Below are positions 50,527 to 61,963 of a DNA stretch of 64,000 bases, piece by piece. Position numbers and translations under genes: made by a program. How positions within the stretch are numbered: the first letter of the stretch is position 1; each line of letters opens with the position of its first letter. A model generated the notes under the pieces. It was given only the letters and a program-made list of their open reading frames with translations. It was not told the origin of the DNA and did no database searches. The stretch comes from Hydrolagus colliei (Eukaryota): NCBI GenBank assembly GCA_035084275.1, contig CM068747.1, positions 19,716,001-19,780,000 of the forward strand. Direction: 5' to 3'.

Positions 50527-50917
50527 TCAAGCTACATCATTTCTGAACATAGTAAAATCTTTGGCATGTAGCGGCAGTTCGTTACGTCGTGGTGTCTGCA
50601 TTTCTGAACAATTCCAGAAAAAAGACGGGTTCACATAAAATCTTTAGACCTGACATTTACTAAAACAATCAGCAACAACAATGAAAAAGAAATGGTAGAA
50701 TCTCGGCCAAGTAGAGAGCACTAGACATGTCCTTACCTGAAATAAAATATATACAACGTCATACTGTGTTTGGTTATATATATTCATATATATATATCAT
50801 TTTAAAATGTTCGTATTATAATTCAGTCCATATAGATACACGCAGATTGAATTTAAATAGCACCTGTTACAGTCTTTTATTTTTTTCTCAGTCTCTGTAT
50901 AACAGAACGGAACGGTC

Positions 50918-51237
50918 TCAGTCGCTCTCCTCCTTCTCACCCTGAACTGTGGTGGTCGAATGATTGTAAAGTCCCTGCGCCATGAGGTGGAGAGCGAGGC
51001 CGTTCTTCATGCCGCTGGCTTTCTTGATTTTCGCTCTCTTGTTCTGGAACCAGATTTTGATTTGTGACTCGTTGAGACTGAGTTCTTGTGCTAAAGTCTG
51101 CCGGCGCTGCTCGGTGATGTAGCGGTTCGCCTGGAACTCGGCTTTGAGTCTCTGCAGCTGCTCGGCTGTGAAGGCTGTGCGCGGACGCTTGTCCTCCTTC
51201 TCGCTTTTCTTCTTCTTTAACTTTCTGGTCCGCGGAC
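50918..51237 (-). CDS. en1: Engrailed-1 exon 2 (homeodomain and EH5)
   Basis: After the CAG acceptor reads (G)[129 protein letters not shown] and STTTVQ are En1-type rather than En2-type. Missed by the ORF track because it has no start codon. Confidence 0.97.
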
Positions 51238-54058
51238 CTGCGCGGAGTCACAACAGAAAAGACATCAGCTTTACAGACGGCGTGTTACCGAGAGAACGGA
51301 TGGGTGTGGGGTGGGGGCGGGGGGGGGGGGGGGGGGGGGGGGGGGCGAAAGCAGCCGAGTTATGAAGTTAAATAACATCCCTCCACCCCCCAACCACTCT
51401 GTCAATGGGCCGCCATATTTACAGATATTAAAATTAACAAGATGGCGCAAAGTACATTTCCCACAATTGAACAATAGTATCATTCTCATGGACATATGTG
51501 CTGCCATCCCCTCGCTTTCATTGCTCTGGTGCGTGTATCACATACAATCTAATACCCGGGCGCCTTGTGGCGTGGGGGTGGTTCTTTGTGCTGTTGAAAT
51601 TACATGGTGGATTTTTTTTAAAATTTCTTTAAGTGTGTAAGCACTGTATATGAAATCTCATTAACACTGCAAAGGTTGGCATGTGGTCAGGTGGCGACTA
51701 CATGTAATCAGAAGGCAGATACGGGGCTGTACTGCAGGTTTCCCTATATCCTGGCTGGAGAGAGGCCGGCTAGAAAATACTGTTGCTCGTCAAAGAGAAA
51801 AACACTACACGTTTAATATCAGACTTTCTCGTTCTGCATTCCCAGTGATACTGGGCAAAGAATGAACTCTAATATTAGTATGTTTAAAGACTCTGCCCGG
51901 GCACGACTGTTGGGTTGTGTTGATGTTAACATCAATCCAGGATACCTCCGCCTCCTTCTGCACTAAACGCATATAAGGCACGAAATTGTATTTTGAAATA
52001 ATGGTCAGGAACGTGAAGCTTTCATTTTCAAAACTGACATTTTCCATAAATTGCCCTGAACGTCCTCTGGACACCTCGAAATGCCGATCAAATGCTGATC
52101 ATGTAAACCTGTTGTAGAGAGTTTCTGACATATTCTATAATACGCAATGTATTAGCCGAGAGCAGGGATGTCAAAGCACGACATCAATAGCGTTTGGTTT
52201 CACTCGATAGAAATCATTTTTAAAATTCCTTCAAACAACAGATATGGACATTAAATTTGATTTTCTAAGCTGCAAATATTTATTTTACGCAAATTTACTA
52301 CAAATTTATTTTGCAATACACAATACACCAGCTTCCTAATTTCCCTATAAGTGTCAAACTCCGAACAATTAATGTTTTAGCCATCTTGTGTCTGAGAAAC
52401 GCGGAACCGAAATCGGTAAAGATATTTAAAAAGGGCAAATATTTTAATCTCTCGTGCATGTGGCATATTTGAGTTTTTATATAAAAAAAACTAATGTTAG
52501 CCCTCCTCTCGTCGTCATGTAAACACCACTGTAAACGTGAACTTTAAATTAAAACGAATTGCACCCACAGAATTACAGCGTCAACACACTGCGGGGGACG
52601 TTAGTAAAATCATTTTACTGCCTGATTGATAAAGCTAAAAACTGAGGCGATGTAAAATGTTGAGGCTGACAGCTCAATCAGTCAATCAATCACCTAGTCA
52701 ATCAAGGTAACTTTTCTTAGTTTGAAGCAGGTCGGTGCCACGAATAGCTCAAACTCCATGACTTGGAGGAGAAGTTTGGAAGGATCGCTTTCACCGAGAG
52801 GATCTCTCCTCGTCCATTGAGAGACATATGTCCCGCCGCCCTGCAAGGCCCTGGCACCCACAGCCACGTACAATATTCTATGAACTTTTACCCTAAACGG
52901 GACACCCACATATCCTGAACCTTCCCCACATTACACACAGTACACAATTGCTATTCATGTTTCGCTTTCGCACATTCATATCTGGACTCCATTCGTCCCT
53001 CTTCCTCGCTATTTTACCCGCGATCTTCCCCTTCAGTTTCCAGTGGATTGGGCTGCATTCTGACCTTTACGTTCGCCTTGTTGTTTTCCTTTGCGATGAG
53101 TGAGAAAGTACCCAGTCCACATAGTCATTTTGGCGCAGTTTGAATCATCTTAACGTATTTTACTTTTACCATTAATCACCTTAAATCATCGTGACCAGAG
53201 ACCACAGAATGCGTTGTTAAACATCTTTACAAATCCCAGCAAAGAGGCCAATATAATCAAAATAATTGATTTCCCGTAAATATCCCATTTATGTTTATAC
53301 ATTCCAGCTGTAACTGGTGAATACATATCATTAGTTTTTCTAGGTATCTTAAGCAATTTAATTTTGGGCAGCCTCTGCTTCAGGTTTTGGCTAGATTAAA
53401 TCATTGCACCCATATCATCAATAAATCCTTTCCAACGTTTTCGCTACAGGTTTTGAGTAAAATGTATTTTAGTGTTGTGTTAAATAAATCAGATGTTTAT
53501 AGGTCAGAACCCTTCGAGTCTACTTTCAAAACTGTGGCAGTATTGAAAGTGTATCTCAGTGCCCAATCTATACTTTCACTCCTGGCCTTGAGGCCTGCTG
53601 TGCAATATCAAGCCTCAAACTAAAACTCTTACATCGTGTTTTGTTCCACTGTTGTGTTCGATAATTGGTTTTGTTAAACTTCGTTACTATTTATCTGAAA
53701 GATATGAAAGTTTAATCATTTCTCCCTAACTTCTTTGGAGATTATTTTTTATGTCATAACTGCCTACAGTTTTTCGATATCACATTCCATTATTTGTGTA
53801 GGGAAAACTCTCTATAACGCAATATATACATTTTCAATAAAACCTGCCGAAGTGAATATAACTGTAAATATTGCATATAGTCCAATTTACATGTTTTCTT
53901 TAAATAGTCACTCAGCTTTTCCTTTAAAGATTTGCAATTTATTATTTCTAACAAAGGCGACCTTATTAAATGATCTTGTACAAGTGCACTGTTTAAATAC
54001 CGCGCCGACCCGCCTTACACCCGTGTTGTTTGTGTGGAAGGAAACATTCTTTACTTAC
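51238..54058 (-). other. en1: en1 single intron, 2821 bp, phase 1
   Basis: Donor G|GTAAGT at 54058 and acceptor ..TCCGCGCAG|G at 51238; splits the Gly of SDRPSSG|PR, the usual vertebrate engrailed intron position; 493+320=813 nt in frame. Confidence 0.96.
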
Positions 54059-54551
54059 CAGAAGATGGTCTGTCTGAATATCTAGTGCAATAAACCCAGG
54101 CAGGCCACATTAGAGGCGATTTCTTGGAATCACTGCTCTCTACGGGTTCTGCATTGGGAGCTACAACTAGAAGCGCTGAGCTGCTGTTTTCCGGATACTT
54201 TGCCGAATTAGTTCCATTGCCTTCGTTCTGCTTTGGCTGAGACTGTTTGGACGACTGCGAGGAGCTGTCACTACAGTCCGAATCCGGACTTAGACTCGAT
54301 GCGTTTGACGGCCTCGTTAGCGGGTTGACGTTCTCTCTGCCGGACGTCTGCGCTCGATCCCTATCCTTCTTGCAACCAAAGTCCGGCCTCAAAATGTTAT
54401 CGATAAAAAAGTTTGTGTTTCTGTGCGGCTGCTGTGCCGCCGGCCGGGGCTGTATTTGCGGAGACTGGAAAGGTGGAGACAGGGAGACGCTCTCCGCCTC
54501 GCTCGACCCTCTGCTCTCCACGCGATCGTTTTGATCCTTCTGCTCTTCCAT
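54059..54551 (-). CDS. en1: Engrailed-1 exon 1 (EH1 Groucho-binding and EH2 Pbx-binding motifs)
   Basis: MEEQKDQN..HRNTNFFIDNILRPDFG (EH1) ..WPAWVYCTRYSDRPSSG (EH2). Confidence 0.97.
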
Positions 54552-54959
54552 ATTTCGAGCGAGCTGTCAACGTTACCGACTGGGTTCTCTCCCCACTCAA
54601 CGGGCGGCGTATCCCCCCGCCCCCCCCCCCACCACCACCACCACCACCACCAAAAACCACGATGGGAGTGAAGCACCTTATTCGATCACTTTCGAGTGTG
54701 TTTCCCTGCTTCACTCTGAGGTGACAGCTGCGCTATATAGTTGGCATCGCGGATGTTTTGGTGCTTTCACCCCGCCTCCCATAGTTATTGTGCTCAGTAA
54801 ACCTGCACGGCATTGATCTTTGTTTGGAGTCAGTCCGTGATGATTGTGTGACACTCACAGCTTTGCAAACTCCCCTAAATCGCGGCGGCGTCTCGCAGAC
54901 ACTTTTTTTTTCCCTCCTCCTCCCTCCCCCCCCCCCCCCCCCCCACCACCTACCCCCTC

Positions 54960-55105
54960 CCACCACCCGACCGGAAGCACGTGAATGGCCGGCACGTGTG
55001 TCCAACCAATCCGAAGGCTCCGCGAAGCGACCGACCAATCACAGCGGCCCGCGGGTGGGAGGGGAGGGGGGTAGGGGGCGGGGCTCCGCGCTAATAAATC
55101 CATAA
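54960..55105 (-). promoter_or_regulatory. en1 proximal promoter motif cluster in a CpG island
   Basis: ETS CCGGAAG 54971-77; CACGTG E-boxes 54978-83 and 54993-98; CCAAT 55006-10 and 55035-39; GC box ~55075-83; within CpG-dense 54200-55200. Confidence 0.75.
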
Positions 55106-57477
55106 ATAGAAGCGAAGCGGCGACCTGAGGGAGGATTCGCCGCCGCCTCCCGCGGCCCCGTCACCAAGTCACTCTCCGCCAGCAAACGCCAGGACCCGGC
55201 TAGACATTCAACATTTAATGCAAATTGCAAATGAGCTAAAATTCCCCAACCCTTTCTGTGAAATCCCCGAACTGACCGTGTTGTAGACTCAAATCACACA
55301 CCGAGGCCGACTGACACAATGTTAGCACTTGCTTGGTTTCGTAGGTTTCAATGACAGGAAATGTAGTTCAAACATTAGGTTGTGTAAAACACAGGGACAG
55401 CATTACTTATTGTAAGAAACAGTGAGTACAAATTTGCTGTAACAGTTTATTGCCAAGTTTATATATATATATATATAATATATAGACACATATTGATGCA
55501 AATAACAATTGAATCTTACCAATGTTTTGCCTATCTTTATAACTCAGCTACAACTAATTCTGTTTTTCCTTTAGAGATTGGAAATTGTATTTGTTTTACA
55601 AGCACCTTCACCTATTTCTTTTTCTATTCCTGATGATTATTTGGCTTCTAGCTATTTAATTTATTATTAATGCGCGGAAGCTATATTAATCGCTACTGAT
55701 AAACTTAGGGTCTATAAGTTTCGTAGTGTTGACCAGCTAACAACCTAAAATACTGTTTTCTCCTTTTACTGGTGCCGCAGAAATGTGGAGGATACCAATG
55801 ACAATCTTTTGTTTTTGATAGTGTCAAACAGTTATTTTGCATAGACGCTGAAACTGGGTGAATATACTCATATTATGAGGAAAGATTCAAGACAAAATGT
55901 CACTTAAAATTGAAAACAACTTAAACATTGTTTTCTATAACGATAAGACATTAGGGTGTTATAATTGCAAAGTTCTACTTAAGTGTGTTGCAAAATATTA
56001 TAGATTTTCAAACAGTATAAATATATTGCTGGGAGCTGGATGTAGGAATACTAGATTAATTTCTCATCTTAATCTGTTGTGCAATTTATTTTGCTCTTAT
56101 TTCCAGATTGAAGTTAATTTAAGATGTTATTAAGCATTAAAACTAAACAGACTACAAACACCAACTATTCACTAAAAGTAGATACATTAACTTTCACTTT
56201 TCGACTTGTCCTTTGGACTTGAAATTCCTGTGCACAAACAATGTAGGAGTAGCCGCCCGCAGTATGCGGTTAAAATGAAAGGTGTAATCTCAACGTTTGG
56301 GCGACGTCAGGTAGTTTGAAGTGATTGTGGATAGGTTTGGGGAAAATAATTGAATGAATCAAATATCACATTTTGTCACTAGATGTAAGCAATTAAAAGA
56401 TACGACGATTAAAGCTGCGTACGTTCTTATGCCGATTGTAACCTGATATCACGATTTGAAATATGATATGTCCATAGTCCTCAAATACGATTGCAGTTAA
56501 ATGCTTGTATATGAGGGAACGTTAGTGCAGCGAAGAGCTAAACGTACACATTGTGTTTAACTGGCATCTACATAAATACACCATATCTAAGTGGCACTAA
56601 CGTGATTCCAAGTTTTAAGATGCAGAGTACATCCGCGCGTGTATATATGTTGTACTGATTGCATTGATTCTAAACCGTGAAATAACAATGAATGATATAC
56701 ACTAACGGCTATTGCAAGTATTCTTTCGTTTAAATTATATCGTAAATTACATTTGCAATACAAATCAAGTTTTAAGAATATCTGGAAAGCCTGCCACTCT
56801 CTCCTCCCAGCCCTCCCCGCCCCCCTCCCCCACCACCCCCCCACACACCTCAAATATAATAAATAATTTAATATATATATATGTAAACAACGAAACGTGT
56901 ATTCCTTTAGTTCAAAAGTTAAAAGCAAAATCGCCACTGGAACTTTGCAGAACCTACATTATTGAGTCACAATAATAAAAAAATAACGAAATTGTTTTTG
57001 TCAAAACAAGAAAAAAGTAAACAGCAATTAAATATGGTGCTGTATTTAACCAAAACAGGTTTCCTTTGCAATCAACGGTTTATTTATATTTAAGTTAGCA
57101 AAATTGAAATCTTATCCCAAAAGCGAGCCTGGGTACTTAATTAAATTCTAATTACGACACTATCAATATCCCATTTAGCCACGTAGCCATTGTTGGGTTC
57201 AGTCCTTTTCATGCAGTAAATGGAGTATCGGTGGCTTATCTCGACTGCAAGAGACGCCTTGAGAAGCGCTGCAAAAGATAATTTATAGGTTTAATTACTC
57301 TTCATTCCGCCTGATCAGCTTGGCGTTCATCACATGTGAGTGAATAAAATCTGGTCAAAAGCACTGTCAGTATTCCCTGGCAAGTCGCTTAATCAAAGTA
57401 AGCAGGGCGATATTACACGCTGAGAGATCCTAAACGTAATTTAGAAGCTGCTGATAAAGCTGGTTGAATAATGCTCC

Positions 57478-57609
57478 NNNNNNNNNNNNNNNNNNNNNNN
57501 NNNNNNNNNNNNNNNNNNNNNNNNNNNNNNNNNNNNNNNNNNNNNNNNNNNNNNNNNNNNNNNNNNNNNNNNNNNNNNNNNNNNNNNNNNNNNNNNNNNN
57601 NNNNNNNNN
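57478..57609. other. Assembly gap (132 N)
   Basis: Run of N. Confidence 1.
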
Positions 57610-60600
57610 TTTTATTATTGAATATAATACACACACCCACCGCACATCCTGTATATACATCTTGGAGCCACGGAGAAAACAAAACCAGCTGAGAACATGT
57701 GTACACAATGGTGCTTAATAGGAAAATCCTTCAGTTTTGTATCACAACATAAACCCTCAGAAAAAGTGTCAGATGAATTACTTTTTCAATAATAATACTA
57801 ATAAAACAATAATAATACCAAATTATAGGTCCTCGGTGAGTGTACTGGTGTGACGTCTTGATAAACACGTTGCACTAAAAACTGTATACATATGAAAGCA
57901 AAATACCACTGAAGCAGTAATCGTGAAATAGAGTGGCTATGTTTTTAATTGGTGCTCTAATTCCACCTCTTAAAAGCGAAGGGAAGTGTTTCTTATTATT
58001 ATTTAGTTATAACAATGAAATATACAACCCCTGTATTCGATATATCTAAAGGTCGTGATCAAATTCCTTTCGCCCACCACTTGAAGGACGTAAATGAGTT
58101 GTTCCCATACAATGGATTTCATCCTACAGCGAATCGGTGACCAGGGGTTTTGTTTGAACTGAATGCGAATAGATTTATTCCACAAATGCGCCATTCTAAT
58201 TAGCAGCTGTAAGGTCAAGCTATACACATTTTGTGTCCCTAACGCTAGACATCGGAAATGCGTGGGGCTGCAAGTATCGGTACTGATTACAGCCCCTGTC
58301 GGTCTTTCCCATTGTATTACTTCAACCCTTATTAAATCATTTAGTACCAATTTGTAAACGAACTATGTCATTCGTTTTCAAGCAGAGCAGAATAACTTTT
58401 TTTTTCCCGTCCAATTTAGTAGCGCCGCACATTGGAAACAGTAAATGAGACACACAGTTGAATTTCTAAATAGTTCCGCATTTTATTTATTTTTTAAAAA
58501 AATGTATTATCGTGCTATCGTTGAAATCGACGATATCCCCAGTGCAGGGCTATTATCTGTTTACTGAAGCCAACCCATCACCCCCAATGTTGCCCCGGTC
58601 ACCCCAGACATACCAACTCTCTACACATGTCTACACAGGAAGAAAGGTGGGTAGTACTGGCCCAGGCTGCCATTTTTGTTTCAAAGATATAGCCCCAAAA
58701 CGTACTATTTAAATCCATGTTTTGAATTTGGAAAATTTAAAATCATTGTGTTGACGGGATCAGTTTGAAAAGCTCTGATTATCACCCAAACAGTCGAGCA
58801 GGGAGATCAACACAGTCTTTGTGTGTCAGAGCTGGTGACACGGCTCCTGTAAGAATGTGATGTTTCTGTGGCTGTAGTGAGTGGGGTTTCACTGAGTGTC
58901 CAACCGAAGTCTCACGTGTCATTGTTTGCTCTGTTCACCCCCCGCTTCCAGATTTTCGCAAAATTAGCTTTTAACGAATCGTGTCAAACGGAACTGAATT
59001 CCCAGGACAAATCATGTTTAAACTGCAAACCCATACTTTGAACAATGCAGTCTTCTCTTACTCCAAACACCAAAACATTTAAAAAACAAGAGGCGAGTGG
59101 AATATCAAGGTTTGACTTCTCCAATCTAACATTCAACTAGTTCTTAGAACCTCCACAACGCCCCCCCCCCCCCCCCCCCCCACAAAAAAAAAACCTTCAA
59201 GTCTGCGATTGAACTCCCCCAACACACTTTTTGTGTGGTTATTGATGAGGGAAACTAAACTGTGACCTCTCTTGTTTGTCTCAAGTTTGCATATCCTCCT
59301 CTTTATGTTGCTAATATGGCGAGACGTGAATGGGGAATTAACATAGCACTGCACCCGGCATAAGACTTCATGAAATGCCGCAATACCACTCGGATATTAA
59401 TTCATTGATGCCTTCGAGTAATCACATTGCAGACACTGGGTTTGTCAATGAGAACAGACTGATTGGATAACGTAAGGAACCAGTTGATACTTTAAGAGGT
59501 GGAGTTGCAGTGAACACGTTTCAAAAGTCTGTTACCAGAAAAACCGAAACCGACAATGAAACATCTGGAAATAGTTCACTTGCCGCTAAAAACCTAAATA
59601 TTCATTTTGAACCAAAGCTGAATCAAGCCCCCCCTCTATATATATAGGAGGAAGAATACCTTTCATTGATAGTTTCAAATTTCATCATCCCGATTGAACT
59701 ACAGATTTTTGCTATAATGTGAAACAACAAAACAAATTGCATTTGTGAGGGCCTTTTCACGTCGAGAGGAAACGCGAGGAAGCAGTGTTTACATTACTTA
59801 GTTAATCTAAAAAAACCCTACAGAAAATAGTGTCTGTATTTTTCTACAGTGAATGCTACTTTTTAAAAGTTTGTTAACCACCAAGCAACAGATTTTCGAG
59901 CCTACTGTCACCCAGTTTTCCAACAAATGTCCTAAACGTCACAATTCTTCGAAAACTGGCAAGCGTGTGTATGTTCCTTGCCCCACAAAAGCCAGTTTTC
60001 AGAGAAACAATCGTGTGTGAAGCAAAAGGGTTTCTTTCCAGTTAAATGATGTAATTCTGCTGCGGCCCAGCGGCAACTCAGCGAATTAATCAACTCGTTG
60101 GGACACAGAGAACCTCCAGCAAACGTCTGAAGGCCAACATTCTGGCTCTCTTTCCAAAACAAACAATGCTGCAAGATTTGAAAGGTATGTATGCGAGGAA
60201 GGCAGAGAAAGAGCTTTACATTGCGACTGTGAATACTTTGATCAAGACAATAACGAAATTACATTTGGGAAATGGGAAATAAAAAAAAGAGCCAAGACAT
60301 GATATGGAAAGTATAGTTTGCAGTGTTCAGGAATCGCGGTGTGTTTATCTTCATTTACTGAAAAGTTTCTTTCTAATAATGCGATTAATCCAGACCTTTC
60401 TTCCTTTCCTGCTTATTAATTCCTCTGTGCTCTCAGAGTGCCCCGCAACGCTTCGCTCGACTTACCTTTTGAAACAATTTATTGCGAATGCATTTCAAGC
60501 AGCATGAGACACATTATTTTAGCTTAAATAATATTCATCTTATATAGGAAAACTCGGAGATATGACTGTGTTTTCAAGTGAAGCAATAGTTGCAATGCAA

Positions 60601-60953
60601 TTAAAACACGCACACAGTTCTGCAGAATGAAAATGGCTTCCAAAATCAGGTTGATTTGTACAATAAGTGTATGAAGCACAATCGTGTCAGAGTTTACATC
60701 TCTTGCTTTAGTTGACAAATATATAAGACAGGGGTCTCTCTGTGTCCTGCCAATGGCACAGTCACAGGTGCAATAGTTTGACTTGTGTTGACGCCGCTAA
60801 TGTGAATCACGTGTTGTATTATCCTCTGGACGGAGAATTCGTCATTCATTCTCTTCCAAGACGAATTACGAACCACATATGTTTATTTTGATTTTAATCC
60901 ATCAGCTTCAACCGCATTCTCTCTCAGCAAATTGTGTAGAGTGAAGACCGGAA

Positions 60954-60973
60954 GCGCCACCTAGTGTAACTGC
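60954..60973 (-). promoter_or_regulatory. Candidate CTCF site
   Basis: Minus strand GCAGTTACACTAGGTGGCGC closely fits the CTCF core (CCACYAGRKGGCGC); adjacent ETS-like CCGGAAG. Confidence 0.6.
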
Positions 60974-61910
60974 TCCGTCCTGTTGCGGTTTAAACGAATC
61001 CATTAAAATCATAAATTGGGATTATTTTGAGGAAAGTTTAAAGAATCGATGGCTTGCAATAACAATTACACCCGAGTGGGAAAAAAATCATCCCCCAGTG
61101 CAATATTTGCGATATGGAGATAGCTGTTCTATTGGTGTCTTGTCGCAATGTTAGAATACACATGTACATTCATATACATTCATTTCAGTGTCATTAATGG
61201 ACAATGTTTTTCATGATTGCGTACAAAGGCAGACGAACCACCTCGGTGCCGCCTGCACATTCCCACCAGCTTCGTGTATTGGTTACAACAGTTCACTTCT
61301 TCTGACAATATCATAAGCTAAACACTTTAGCTCCAGATGTCATATTTTGAGAACATAGTTGGGAATGTTTCCTTTGTGTTCAAATGCAAAAATGGTATCT
61401 GTTGTGAAAGGAAATTAATAAGATTTTTTTTAGGGCAATGCAAGCGGGGGGTTTATCCTCATAAATACTGTAATATGAATATTTGTGTGTAATACTTATC
61501 ATAAAGTTTCATGACATCCATTAAGCAAAGTCAATTTCATTGTGAGCAGCGATCTTCTCATAGAACAACAACAACAGTTTTATGTTGTGTCATTTAACAA
61601 ACCCTAGCTCCGGCCAAAAGTGAAATACTTTCTAATTCTGCAGTTATTTCAATTTCACTTTATTATTCTGATCATTTACAGCACATCACCGTGGCGCCTT
61701 TAGTGCGTGTTTTCGGCCTTTTATCAATCAATCCAATATTGTGGATTTAAACAAAATTTTGCATTTTGTTCATTAAAGGCAACCAGTTTCAGAGAACAAT
61801 TAAAACACCCCAGAAACAAATAGGTTTGTTCCGTTTCACTGGCACCGTTTCCTTTAACCATTTAGTATAATAATGCAAACTTCATGTGAATGTCAGGAAA
61901 TATATTACTC

Positions 61911-61963
61911 TAATAATAATCCTTGCTTTTGATTTAGCGCTTTTCACGTCTTCGAGTCGTCTC
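61911..61963 (-). mobile_element. Short SINE 3' tail
   Basis: TAATAATAATCCTTGCTTTTGATTTAGCGCTTTTCACGTCTTCGAGTCGTCTCA. Confidence 0.8.

Noticed and set aside
50937-51251. 104-aa minus-strand ORF in the track
   Set aside because: Alternative frame of en1 exon 2; the homeodomain frame is the real one.
54247-55105. Overlapping poly-Gly/Pro/His/Trp ORFs near en1 exon 1
   Set aside because: Products of G/C tracts and (CAC)n in a GC-rich, stop-poor island.
57413-57718. ORFs spanning X residues
   Set aside because: Artefacts of the N gap.
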